This document shows positions 1 through 9,708 of a stretch of DNA of 64,000 nt, piece after piece. The translations under genes were made by a program, and so were the position numbers. Position 1 is the first letter of the stretch; each line of letters begins with the position of its first letter. Source of the stretch: Dehalococcoidia bacterium. GTDB taxonomy: Bacteria; Chloroflexota; Dehalococcoidia; Bin125. The notes beneath the pieces are model-generated. The model saw only the letters and a list, made by a program, of their open reading frames with translations, ran no database searches and was not told the origin of the DNA. Location of the stretch: the NCBI GenBank assembly GCA_963662615.2, contig CAXXSR010000001.1, positions 32,001 to 96,000 on the forward strand. The letters are read 5' to 3'.

Positions 1-1
1 C

Positions 2-433
2 CCCGCAAAGGACCGCGGGCTCGTTGGGCTTGAGGGCCCGGTCAAACCAGGCATGTAAGCGGTCGAGCCATTCCAGCTTGTAGGTGTACTTTTCGCTTCC
101 CACCTCCGACCCTTGTGGCACGTAGACATTAACGACGCGGATGCCGGCAACGGAGACGGCGAGGCCGCGCACTTGTGCGTCCTGCGGCCAGGGGATCGCC
201 GTCGTAGCGTCGCGCGGGGCTTCCAACGACGCCGTGGCCACGCCGTTGTACGTCTTCTGCCCGTGGATGGAGAGGTAGTAGCCGAGCGTCTCGAAGCCGT
301 CGTAGGGAAATTGTTCTTCGGTGCACTTGATCTCCTGCATGCAGAGCACGTCCGGGCACTCGTGCTCCAGCCAGTTGAGCACACGATTCTCCCGCGCTCG
401 GATGGAGTTCACGTTCCAGGTGACGATCCGCAT
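2..433 (-). CDS. xth: Exodeoxyribonuclease III (5' part; runs off window start)
   Basis: Read manually, not in the ORF track: MRIVTWNVNSIRAR...DVLCMQEIK...GQKTYNGVA...VGSEKYTYKLEW...PAVLCG, the ExoIII/AP endonuclease signatures. Confidence 0.93.
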   Translation of the reverse strand, partial: MRIVTWNVNSIRARENRVLNWLEHECPDVLCMQEIKCTEEQFPYDGFETLGYYLSIHGQKTYNGVATASLEAPRDATTAIPWPQDAQVRGLAVSVAGIRVVNVYVPQGSEVGSEKYTYKLEWLDRLHAWFDRALKPNEPAVLCG

Positions 434-506
434 GGGGACCCATCCTGATGCATGACGGCATTCGAAAGGGGTGGCCGGCGACGGTCAGTCAATGCGTGGC
501 GCGCAA

Positions 507-1352
507 TCAGGAGAGCTTCCGAGCGATGTCGGCGTACTGATCCAGAATCGGCAAGACCGTTGCAGCGTCGGCCGGGGGTAGGGCGAAGATCAGCCGCTGG
601 AATCCCATCTCGATGTAGTCCCGCGCCTTTGCCTCGTCCGGACTAAAGCTGAGGACCGAGAGGTGAATCGTATCCATGGAGCGGCCCGCGCGATCCGCCG
701 CCGCGCGCAGCTCTTCGAGTTCGGCGCGGATCTCGCCGCGGCCTTCAATGGGGAGCCAGCCGTCGCAATAGTCGACGACACGGTCGTAGGCCCACTTCGA
801 TTGCGCCCCCAAGATGACGGGAGGACCGCCGGGCTGCACGGGTTTGGGATACGCCCAGAGTCGATCGAAATTCACGTATTCGCCGTGAAATTCGGCTTCC
901 TCTTCGCTCCAGATCGCGCGCATCGCAAGAACGCGCTCACGGGTGACCTTCCACCGCTCCTTAAACGCGACGCCATGATCCCCCATCTCTTCGGCGTTCC
1001 AGCCGGCGCCGATGCCGAGGATGAAGCGGCCGTTGGACAGCGTGTCGAGCGAGGCCGCGAGCTTGGCGAGCACGATCGGATCATGCTCGGGAACCAGGCA
1101 GATGGCGGTGCCCAGCTTGATCCGTTCGGTGACCGCCGCGGCCGCGCTGAGCGCCAGGAATGGGTCGTGCAGGTGCCAGTACTCCTGGGGCAAGTCGCCG
1201 CCGCTTGGCCGTTGGGAAATGCGGCTCGCGGGGATGTGCGTGTGCTCGGGGAAGAAGATCGATTCGAAGCCCCGCTCCTCGGCGGCCTGGGCCAGCTCTG
1301 CCGGATGAATCGCGTAGTCCGTAGCGAATATGAAGACGCCAACGTCAGCCAC
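507..1352 (-). CDS. LLM class F420-dependent oxidoreductase
   Basis: AEERGFESIFFPEHTHIP, DPFLALSAAAAVTERIKLGT, GIGAGWNAEE, PKPVQ motifs; GTG start at 1352 preceded by GAAGGAGG. Confidence 0.9.
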   Translation of the reverse strand: MADVGVFIFATDYAIHPAELAQAAEERGFESIFFPEHTHIPASRISQRPSGGDLPQEYWHLHDPFLALSAAAAVTERIKLGTAICLVPEHDPIVLAKLAASLDTLSNGRFILGIGAGWNAEEMGDHGVAFKERWKVTRERVLAMRAIWSEEEAEFHGEYVNFDRLWAYPKPVQPGGPPVILGAQSKWAYDRVVDYCDGWLPIEGRGEIRAELEELRAAADRAGRSMDTIHLSVLSFSPDEAKARDYIEMGFQRLIFALPPADAATVLPILDQYADIARKLS

Positions 1353-1473
1353 CGTTCGTCCTCCTTCGTCGCGCCCTTGGGTCCCCGCAGGATAGCGGCC
1401 CCGAGGACTCTGCGCCGCCGCCGCCCTCGTCGCTATCATGGCGCTCCACACGAGTGGGGTGGGGAGGATCGCA

Positions 1474-1756
1474 ATGGCGGATCAGGGACCATCGACCGGG
1501 GAGGAGCTTCGGCGCGTGCTCACAGAGCGCAGCAACTGGGGGCGCTGGGGTGCAGACGATCAGGTAGGGGCGATGAACCTGATCAGCCCTGAGAAGCGGA
1601 AGTGGGCGGTCGGCGTCGTAACCAGTGGGCGGACCGTGTCTCTGAGCCGTCTCTTTCCGAAGCAGCCCGGGCCGCTCTGTGTTCATGATCATGGTTCTGC
1701 CGCTGCCGGTGGAAGGGGGCACGGGGAGTCCCGTCAACCCTATCGTCATGTTCTAG
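1474..1756 (+). pseudogene. Cyclase (kynurenine formamidase-like) family remnant with a large internal deletion
   Basis: N-terminal SNWGRWGADDQVGAMNLI...VTSGRTVSL joined out of frame to the family C-terminus PLPVEGGTGSPVNPIVMF*. Confidence 0.8.
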
Positions 1757-1929
1757 GCTTCTGATGGCGGAACTCGCTGCTCACGTGCGGAGGACGCCGA
1801 TCGCGGCTGACCTTCGGCGCAGGCCGCCGTATCGATGAGCCAACGGCGCGCTCCGGCGAGATTGACGCGCTGGGCGTCCCCGTCGATACTCGGCGTACCC
1901 CGCAGCGGAATTCGGAAAGGAGATCGCCA

Positions 1930-2880
1930 ATGGTGACAGCGCTTGGAAGTGGAACGTTCACCTATGAGGCGCTCGCGACGTGGGAGAAGCTGCCCGACGG
2001 CGTGACCCTCAAGGAGACGCCCGGCGTTGCGGTGGGCGCCAACGACACCGTCTATCTACTCACCCGCAACATCGACCATCCAGTCATGGTTCTGGACAGC
2101 GAAGGCAACTTCCTGCGCTCTTTCGGGGCGGGAACGTTCAGCGGGCGCACACACGGGATTCTCACGGCTCCCGACGGCACCATCTACTGCGCCGACGACG
2201 GCACGCACACGATCACGCGGTGGTCGCCGGAAGGAGAGCTGCTCTTCACGATTGGGACACCGGGCCAGCCAGCGACGAAATGGGGTGGCGAGCCGTTCAA
2301 TCGTCCCACGCACGCCGCCGTCTCGCCCCGCAGCGGAAACATCTATGTGAGCGACGGCTACGGGAACTCCCGCATTCATAAGTACACGCCGGACGGCCGC
2401 CTCCTGCTCTCCTGGGGCGAGCCCGGCATTGACGCGGGTCAGTTCATCCGTCCGCACAACATCGCCGTCGACGACGAGGATCTCGTCTACGTGGCCGATC
2501 GCGAATGTCATCGGGTCCAGATCTTCGATGCTGACGGCAAGTTCTTGACAATGTGGAACAACATCCACCGCCCCGACGGGATGACGCTGGGCTCGGACGG
2601 CAACATTTACATCGGGGAGTTGAACGGCATCACCGGCGTGGACGACGCCCCAGGGTTGGGTCACCGCGTCAGCATCTACAACCGTGACGGCGAGCTCCTC
2701 GCCCGTTTTGGCGATCCCGAAGAGGGCGAAGCTCCGGGGCAGTTCATGGCGCCCCACGGCATTGCGGTGGACTCCCGCGGCGATATCTACGTGGGCGAAG
2801 TCTCGTTCACGATGCGTGGCAGCCATCTGGACCCGCCCCGCGAATTGAAGAGCTTGACGAAGCTCCGCAAGTTGACCTAG
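1930..2880 (+). CDS. NHL-repeat beta-propeller protein (peptidyl-alpha-hydroxyglycine lyase-like)
   Basis: Repeated FNRPT/FIRPHNIAVD/FMAPHGIAVDSRGDIYV units; YVSDGYGNSRIHKY. Confidence 0.88.
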   Translation: MVTALGSGTFTYEALATWEKLPDGVTLKETPGVAVGANDTVYLLTRNIDHPVMVLDSEGNFLRSFGAGTFSGRTHGILTAPDGTIYCADDGTHTITRWSPEGELLFTIGTPGQPATKWGGEPFNRPTHAAVSPRSGNIYVSDGYGNSRIHKYTPDGRLLLSWGEPGIDAGQFIRPHNIAVDDEDLVYVADRECHRVQIFDADGKFLTMWNNIHRPDGMTLGSDGNIYIGELNGITGVDDAPGLGHRVSIYNRDGELLARFGDPEEGEAPGQFMAPHGIAVDSRGDIYVGEVSFTMRGSHLDPPRELKSLTKLRKLT

Positions 2881-3037
2881 CAGCGGCGGCGACCCGAGAG
2901 CGGGCCCGCTTTCTCTGGGCGAGTCCCGCCGCAGGGGCGGGACTCGCGGCCTCTTGCCACCGAGACGACGGGGCAAGGGAGCCGGTGATTGCTCACGCGG
3001 TTCCGGCCCGCCGATTCGGCGCCGGCCGTCCTCCGGC

Positions 3038-5542
3038 TCAGCCTTTGCCCCGCTCGCGACCTGTCGGCGTCGCGGCCCGTTCCGTAGGTGGCTCTTCCCC
3101 TCGCTCCGCTGCCCCATACTCGACGGTGGCGGGCGCGGTGACCATCGGCCGCATCTCCTTCAAGGCCGCCATCACTTTGCCGAAGATGGTGTCCGGCAGG
3201 TCCTTGTGGTCCGCGTCGACTGTCCCAGCGGGCATGTTGGTGAGCAGTTCCAACCCCTCCTCGACTCGCGAGACGGCCCAGAGCTGGAACTGGCCTTCGG
3301 CCACGGCCCGGACGACATCTTCGCGCAGTGTCAAATTGATGGTGTTCGCGGCGGGGATGACCACGCCTTGGCTGCCGGTCAACCCTACCTCCCGGCAGAC
3401 GTCGAAGAAGCCTTCCACTTTCTGAGTCACGCCCCCGACCGGCTGAATGTTGCCGAATTGATCGACGGATCCGGTCACTGCGATGTCTTGCCGCATGGGA
3501 ACCTGCGCCAATGATGTGAGGATGGCGTACAGCTCAGCGGAGGAGGCGCTGTCGCCGTCCACTTCGTCGTAGCTCTGCTCGAACGTCACGCTGGCGGAGA
3601 AGGAGAGCGGGCGCTCGCGCCCGAACGTGCCCATGAGGTAGCCGCTGAGGACGAGCACGCCCTTGCTGTGAATGGCGCCGCTGCGTTCAACCTCGCGCTC
3701 AATGTTGACGACGCCCAGGCTGCCCGCTCCCGTGCGACAGGTGATCCGGGTCGGTGTGCCAAAGGCGTGGCTTCCCACCTGATACACCGCCAGCCCGTTG
3801 ACCTGGCCCATGACGGCGCCCGTGGTCTCGATATGGAGCGTGCCTTCAGCGATCAGCCGACGCAGGCGGACCGGAATGAGATCGGAACGGCGGGTCCTTG
3901 CAGCAATGGCGCTCCGCACGTGACCGGCTGTCACCACGGTCGCTTCTTCATTGTGCGCCAGTTGGTTCGCCTCTTCACACAGATCGGCGATGGTCCCGTA
4001 TCGCGTACTCAGGCGATCCTGCCGCCCGGCGAGACGGTTGCCGTAGCGGAGCACCTCCACCAGGGCGCCGCGCTCGAACTGACGGAGTGAGCAGACGTCG
4101 CAGGCGCGCCGCACAAACGACGCGTAGGAGCGAGTCGCCGACTCATCATTGGCCGCATCCGGCTCGAACTCTGCCCGGATCTTGAAGAGTTCGGAGAAGT
4201 CCGGGTCCACCGCTTCCAGCATCGCGAGCATGTGCTGCGGGCCCACCAGTATGACCTTGAGATCGAGCGGGATCGGCTCCGGGACAAGGTTCACGGTGGG
4301 CAGCGGCGTCAGGACCTCGCCAATGTCCTCCACGCGGATCTGCTTGCTCTTCAGCGACCGCTTGAGCTTGATCCAAGAGCGCGGATCGCTGAGCAGATCC
4401 GGTGCCTGCAATATCAGGTAGCCGCCGTTGGCTGTGTGCAGGGCCCCTGGCCGAATCAGGGTAAAATCCGTCGTCAGCGATCCGAAGCGGGGCTGGTAGT
4501 CAAGACGTCCGAAGAGGTTGTAGTAGGTTGGTTGCCGCTCATCAATGACCGGCGCACCCTTCGCGGGCTCATCGCCGTGGGTGATGAACAGGTTCACCTC
4601 ATAGCGCCGAAAAAGACGCTCACGCTCATCGTCGGCGACACCGGGCGGTCCAAGCTGGGTCTGGTCTCGTCCTTGCGGAGTCGCGGCCTTCAGTGTCTCA
4701 ATGTTGGCCAAGATGTCAGCTTCAATGGCGTTGAAGTGCTTGACCAGATCGGGCTGCGGATACTTGCCGCGCAGATCGTCGAGGAGCGGCCCGACCACGA
4801 AGCGGGTGACGTCCTTGTCGAGCGTCTCGATCGCTTCGCGCGCCCGTGTGTCCAGGCGCCGTAGATCCCTCACCGTGTCCGACACGCTCTCCTGGACGCG
4901 ACGGCCGCGTTCGTCCAGCTCTTGGCGCTGGTCTTCGGACAGTTGATTGATCTGTTCCGCCGGGATCGGTGCACCGTCCCGCCCGCGGGGCGCGGAGACG
5001 AAGCCCATGGGGGTGACATTGACCAGGAAGCCGTGCTCGTCGGCGGTGCGCCGCAGGGCGCCCAGCGCCTCCTCGCGCTCCGTCGTGAACGGCGCAAGAG
5101 TCTGCCGGCTCCGCTCTTGGTACGAATCGCTCTCGAAGGCCTTGGGAATCTCCTTGCGGATGACGTCCACGAGTTGGGCGAGCTCCCGCCTGAGGTCATC
5201 GCCCAGGCCCGACGGCAGCGCGACGCTCCTGGGACGGTAGGCCTCGTCGAAGTTGTGGAGGTAGCACCAGTCCTGCACAGGCGGTTTGGCCGCGGCTGCC
5301 TCGTCCACGAGCAGGTGGACGGCGGTGTTGCGGCCGGAGGAGGGCGGCCCTGAGACGGCGATGTTGTAGCCTTCAGCATCAACCGCGAGGCCGAAGGCGA
5401 TCGCCTCCAGTGCGCGGTCCTGGCCGGTCACCCGATCGAGCGGTTCGATATCAGCGGTGCTAGCGGGCAGCAGTTCTTCTGGATATTGGGCCCGGAGATC
5501 CTTCGGGCCCAGCGCCTGGGCCTGACTGATCGGTGTCGCCAT
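3038..5542 (-). CDS. Lon-like serine protease (LonB/LonC type, AAA-like plus Lon_C)
   Basis: GQDRALEA, PGALHTANGGYL, GQVNGL, FEQSYDEVDGDSASSAE (catalytic Ser), AVTGSVDQFG, GGVTQKVEGF (catalytic Lys). Confidence 0.9.
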   Translation of the reverse strand: MATPISQAQALGPKDLRAQYPEELLPASTADIEPLDRVTGQDRALEAIAFGLAVDAEGYNIAVSGPPSSGRNTAVHLLVDEAAAAKPPVQDWCYLHNFDEAYRPRSVALPSGLGDDLRRELAQLVDVIRKEIPKAFESDSYQERSRQTLAPFTTEREEALGALRRTADEHGFLVNVTPMGFVSAPRGRDGAPIPAEQINQLSEDQRQELDERGRRVQESVSDTVRDLRRLDTRAREAIETLDKDVTRFVVGPLLDDLRGKYPQPDLVKHFNAIEADILANIETLKAATPQGRDQTQLGPPGVADDERERLFRRYEVNLFITHGDEPAKGAPVIDERQPTYYNLFGRLDYQPRFGSLTTDFTLIRPGALHTANGGYLILQAPDLLSDPRSWIKLKRSLKSKQIRVEDIGEVLTPLPTVNLVPEPIPLDLKVILVGPQHMLAMLEAVDPDFSELFKIRAEFEPDAANDESATRSYASFVRRACDVCSLRQFERGALVEVLRYGNRLAGRQDRLSTRYGTIADLCEEANQLAHNEEATVVTAGHVRSAIAARTRRSDLIPVRLRRLIAEGTLHIETTGAVMGQVNGLAVYQVGSHAFGTPTRITCRTGAGSLGVVNIEREVERSGAIHSKGVLVLSGYLMGTFGRERPLSFSASVTFEQSYDEVDGDSASSAELYAILTSLAQVPMRQDIAVTGSVDQFGNIQPVGGVTQKVEGFFDVCREVGLTGSQGVVIPAANTINLTLREDVVRAVAEGQFQLWAVSRVEEGLELLTNMPAGTVDADHKDLPDTIFGKVMAALKEMRPMVTAPATVEYGAAERGEEPPTERAATPTGRERGKG

Positions 5543-5789
5543 GGTCCGCCCTCCAGTGCCGCTGACCGTGCGCTCCCTCGCGATAGCTCGAAGATAGTAC
5601 GGCACGGCGCCGGGCCGCGCGGCCGGGCGGTGACGGCGCATCGGTCTTGGTGACCAACCCACGCGGCGCAATCCAGCGTGACTCTCGGGCTCCGCGGTGG
5701 TATTGCGCCCTGAGGGGGCGCGGGTCGCCGCCAAGCTCTGGCTGGGCCCACGCTGGGGAAGCATCCATTGACCGGGGAATCCCTGTTCG

Positions 5790-6090
5790 ACTTACAGTCG
5801 TCCAGCGCAGATCGCTGCTGACAGGGACCCTGGGAGGGTTCTTCAGCGGGCTGTTCGGTGTGGGAGGCGGTGTGGTAACCGTTCCCCTGCTCGCCGGATT
5901 CGTCCGACTTCCACAGCACGTGGCGCACGGCACGAGCTTGTTGGTGGTGCTCTTCGCCGCCGGCGCCTTTGTCGCCGGCGAAGTTGGGACCGATTGGCTA
6001 CGGCGCGCTTTCGGCGTCGTGGCTGTAATCGTAGCGTCGCGAATGGCGTTCACGACGCTACGGGAAGAATCAGCGAGGCGCGGCGAATGA
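5790..6090 (+). pseudogene. Truncated sulfite exporter TauE/SafE family
   Basis: GGFFSGLFGVGGGVVTVP...HVAHGTSL, then WLRRAFG; far shorter than a full TauE; start approximate. Confidence 0.65.
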
Positions 6091-6231
6091 CACCGCTCCG
6101 CCAGTGGGATAGTTGGCTCGATTTCCGAGGAGCCTGGCGCTGTCGCCTTCGCCAGGTCAGGGGGTGGACACGGCGCATCGCTCCGCCAGGTTCGCCCGGC
6201 TTGCGGACCCCTGCGGGTACCTCCGGGGCCG

Positions 6232-6984
6232 CTAGTCTACCTTCGGCGTCAGGCCGATGTAGGCCGGAAGTTCAGCGGGCTCCATGCGCCGGCAGGTGAA
6301 TGCAGGGGTGTCCTGCAGCGTGTACGACGACGATTCGGTAAGGCGCAGTTCACGCACCAGCGCAAGGAATTCGCCCGGATCGTCCCCTTCGAAGGCGACG
6401 ACGAACTCCTGGTCGTCAAGGCCGTAGGAGTACGTCGTGTTGATCTTGATGTTGTGGTAGCGGTGCCCCACGGCAATGTGCTCGTCCATGATCCGCTGCC
6501 GCTTCTCCGGGGGGAGTTCGTACCAGGCCCGCGTTTTCACCATGGGGTAGACGAAAAGGTAGGCGGCGACGCCGCCGTCCTCGCGCAGGGTCTCCCGACC
6601 GCGAGTCTCAGGATGCAAGGGGTTCGCGTACAGCGAGCGCATGGTCATGGAGAGGTAGGAGTAGGGACGCTCCAGAGCCCAGCCGAGCGGGGTGGCCAGC
6701 AGCTGCGCGTGCCAGTCTTGAATCGGGGGGAGCCGGTCCGCCACCTGCCAGATCAGGAAGTCCGCGTCCGCCCGCGTGCCCACCGTCGTGTAGGTCCGGG
6801 TGAGCATGCGCTCCTTCGACCGCTCCAGGAGGGAGCCTAGGCGCTTCCCGACCGCCATCCGTTCCTCAGGCGGCGCCCTGTGTACCGAGTCGCAGACGCG
6901 ATAGAAGCTGAACTTGACGAACTGCTTGCCTGTGGCGCGTTGTTCGCCGTCGCCCCGCGGCCCCTTGTCAGGCCGCCCGCTCAT
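6232..6984 (-). CDS. Chlorite dismutase-like / coproheme decarboxylase (HemQ/ChdC) family heme protein
   Basis: YLFVYPMVKTRAWYEL...RIMDEHIAVG...INTTYSYGLDDQEFVVAFE. Confidence 0.88.
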   Translation of the reverse strand: MSGRPDKGPRGDGEQRATGKQFVKFSFYRVCDSVHRAPPEERMAVGKRLGSLLERSKERMLTRTYTTVGTRADADFLIWQVADRLPPIQDWHAQLLATPLGWALERPYSYLSMTMRSLYANPLHPETRGRETLREDGGVAAYLFVYPMVKTRAWYELPPEKRQRIMDEHIAVGHRYHNIKINTTYSYGLDDQEFVVAFEGDDPGEFLALVRELRLTESSSYTLQDTPAFTCRRMEPAELPAYIGLTPKVD

Positions 6985-8012
6985 TGCCCAGCGGCCCCGG
7001 TGGGCCGCTGGGCGAGGCCGTGTTCGCGCTCTTCCGGCAACCCGTAATTTTCTTCGTACAGTTTCGCTACGCGCGCCACTTGCTCGTCCGTCAGGCCGGC
7101 GCAGTCGGCCGCCGCGGCGAATTCGACGAGCTGGTCGCGGTCGTAGATGTTTGGCAGAGCGGAGACGACTTCCGGGGCATGGAGGACAAAGCGCAGAGCC
7201 GCTTGGCCAATGGTGCTCCCGCCCTCGGTGAGAAATGACAGCTGCTCGACCTTCCTCAGGCCGTTCGTGAGCCAGGCCCGCGGCCGGTGGCTGCGGTGGT
7301 CGCTGGGCGGAAAGACGGTGTCTTCGGTATAGCGGCCCTCTAACATGCCGGAGGAGTGCGGCACGCGGACCAGCAGGGATGCTCCCTCGTCGCGCGCCGT
7401 CCGGATCAGATCGCGGCCGGGGTCCAGTTCCAGGGCGTTGTAGATCATCTGCAGCAAGGGCACGCCGCGTTCGCGCAGGGCGTACACGCCCTCGTCAAGC
7501 CAGCCGATAGCCGGGCCCAGGGCGACGCCCACGGCGCGCACTTTGCCCTCTCGCAGGATTCCCTCCAGGAACGTCCAGACGTCGTCCCGCTGCAGGTCGA
7601 CGAGGCGGGGATTGTGCAACTGCCAGATATCCACGTAGTCCGTGTTGAGGCGCTGCAACGACTCGCGGAGCGCCCCTTCCAGGAAGGCGGGATCCCAGCG
7701 CTGCGGCGCCTCCACGTGGCCCGCCTGCTCCTGCGCGGGGCGGTTCCGCCAGTCGTAGCCGAACTTCGTGCCGATGACGACGCCGGCGCGCGCACTCCCG
7801 GGAAACGCCTGCGCCAGGATCGTCTCGCCGCGACCATCGCCGTAAGTGTCGGCGGTGTCGAAGTAGGTGACGCCCAGATCGCGGGCCTCTCGGAGCAGGG
7901 CCAGAGCCTCTCCGTCCGTGCGCTCCCCCCACCAGTTCGTGGCAACGGTCCAGACCCCGAACCCTACTTCGGAAACGGTGACGTCCGTGCCCGCGATGGT
8001 GCGGTGCTGCAT
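6981..8012 (-). CDS. Aldo/keto reductase
   Basis: VSEVGFG, FDTADTYG, TKFG, SLQRLNTDYVDIWQLHNP; ATGA overlap with the next gene. Confidence 0.92.
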   Translation of the reverse strand: MQHRTIAGTDVTVSEVGFGVWTVATNWWGERTDGEALALLREARDLGVTYFDTADTYGDGRGETILAQAFPGSARAGVVIGTKFGYDWRNRPAQEQAGHVEAPQRWDPAFLEGALRESLQRLNTDYVDIWQLHNPRLVDLQRDDVWTFLEGILREGKVRAVGVALGPAIGWLDEGVYALRERGVPLLQMIYNALELDPGRDLIRTARDEGASLLVRVPHSSGMLEGRYTEDTVFPPSDHRSHRPRAWLTNGLRKVEQLSFLTEGGSTIGQAALRFVLHAPEVVSALPNIYDRDQLVEFAAAADCAGLTDEQVARVAKLYEENYGLPEEREHGLAQRPTGAAGQ

Positions 8013-8213
8013 CGACAGCGACTTCCTCCCTGCCTACCGGCCGAGATGCCGGTCAACGATACGGCCGGGGTGGGCGGCTAGCAACCGCGCCCGCCGGGCC
8101 GTCGTCCCTGCGGGATTGGGGCGATTAGGCTAATGGGAGCGCCACGTCCGCCGCGCTCGCCCCGGAGGGCTGGGACGGCGGGCCCTGTGGACGTGGAAAT
8201 CGGGAGGAAGAGC

Positions 8214-8714
8214 ATGGCCGATGCCGCCGCGATCGAGCCACGCGTCTCCGAATCGCTGGAGCGGCTCAATATCGACTACGAGGTGCTGCCCTGTGACCCT
8301 GCCTTCGCCGATACGGCGCAGTTCTGCGAAAAGTACGGCTATCCGCCGGCCAACTCCGGCAACACGATCATTGTGGCGTCTCGGAAGGAGCCGCGGCAGG
8401 TGGCCGCCTGCCTTGTCACGGCCTCCACGCGGCTCGACGTCAACAGGACGCTGCGAAAGCTGATGGGGGTGCGGCGACTCTCGTTTGCGTCAGCTGAGGA
8501 GACGGAGGCACTCACGGGCATGGCGATCGGCGGCGTGACCATGTTCGGACTTCCGGACGAGCTACCCAAGTACGTCGATGCGGACGTGATGAACCTGACG
8601 TACGTGATCTTGGGCAGCGGCGTTCGCTCGTCGAAGGTCAAGATCGCGCCCGCCGATCTGGCGAAATTGCCGGGGCTACAGGTTGTCTCAGGGCTGGCGA
8701 TGGAAGCGTCGTGA
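8214..8714 (+). CDS. YbaK/EbsC aminoacyl-tRNA editing family protein
   Basis: RRLSFASAEETEALTGMAIGGVTMFGLP, ILGSGVRSSK; GGAGG RBS upstream. Confidence 0.88.
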   Translation: MADAAAIEPRVSESLERLNIDYEVLPCDPAFADTAQFCEKYGYPPANSGNTIIVASRKEPRQVAACLVTASTRLDVNRTLRKLMGVRRLSFASAEETEALTGMAIGGVTMFGLPDELPKYVDADVMNLTYVILGSGVRSSKVKIAPADLAKLPGLQVVSGLAMEAS

Positions 8715-8817
8715 GGCCGGATGCCCCGCTGCGGGCGAGCGGCTCCCGCGGGCGTTCGGCGTCCGACAGCCGGTAAGGCGCCGTCGTGGTGACGCTCGCG
8801 CTCGGCAGAGGCCCTAC

Positions 8818-9573
8818 CTAGCGAATTTCCACGAATTCAGCCAGGGCCACGCCGATGTTGTCGGGCCCGCCGCGCCGGTTCGCCGCAGCGATGAGACGGC
8901 TCGCCGCCACGGCTCCGCGGTCTTCGCTCAGGATGCGGGCGATGTCGTCGTCAGGCACCACACCGTGCAGGCCGTCGCTGCTGAGGAGGAGTTGGTCGCC
9001 ATGCGCGAGAGCGACCGGGCCGGTGATTTCGGGATCGGATCGCTCGTCCGTGCCCAGACAGCGCAAGACGATGTTCCTGCTGGGATGGAATCGCGCCTGC
9101 TCCGGCGTGAGCCGCCCCGCTCGCACTTCCGCGTCAACCCAGGAGTGATCTGTGGTCAGTTGCCGGAGGCGCCCATTTTGAAAACCGTAGGCGCGGCTAT
9201 CGCCGACATGGGCGATCAACGCCTCATCGTGCACAATCCATGCGACGACCACCGTGGTTCCCATTCCCATCTCGGGGGGGTTGGCGGCGGCACGCTCGCG
9301 GATGGCGGTGTTGGCGTCGGCCAGCAGGGAGAGGAGAGCGGCGGCGGTCTTGCCCGGCGTGCGTGTGGGGTCGGCGAGCACGTGCCGGCTTTCGCGCGCG
9401 ACCATCTCCGCCGTCAGCTGGCTCGCAACCTCGCCAGCGGGATGCCCGCCCAATCCGTCGGCGACCATAAGGATGGCGGCGTCCGTGTCAGCGAACGATT
9501 CCGCGTGCACGGCGTCCTGGTTGATGGCCCGTTGCCGACCAATGTCGGTAGCGACTGCGACGTTAATCGGCAC
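8818..9573 (-). CDS. PP2C-family Ser/Thr protein phosphatase
   Basis: TDIGRQRAINQD, VADGLGGH, GMGTT, HVGDSRAY, SSDGL, GGPDN. Confidence 0.93.
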   Translation of the reverse strand: MPINVAVATDIGRQRAINQDAVHAESFADTDAAILMVADGLGGHPAGEVASQLTAEMVARESRHVLADPTRTPGKTAAALLSLLADANTAIRERAAANPPEMGMGTTVVVAWIVHDEALIAHVGDSRAYGFQNGRLRQLTTDHSWVDAEVRAGRLTPEQARFHPSRNIVLRCLGTDERSDPEITGPVALAHGDQLLLSSDGLHGVVPDDDIARILSEDRGAVAASRLIAAANRRGGPDNIGVALAEFVEIR

Positions 9574-9708
9574 GATGCATGCTCGCCAGCGCTCTTCGCG
9601 CCCGATCGCGAATTTCCCCAGGGACGCCTGTCGCTCACGCGGAGACGACGGGGGTGGGGCTCCCGCTCCATTCCCGCCCGGCGCGTCAGATCCGTGTGCG
9701 CCGTGACG

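Noticed and set aside
1-110. Possible structured RNA at the window start, where the track shows no ORF
   Set aside because: The reverse strand is the xth coding sequence running off the window edge.
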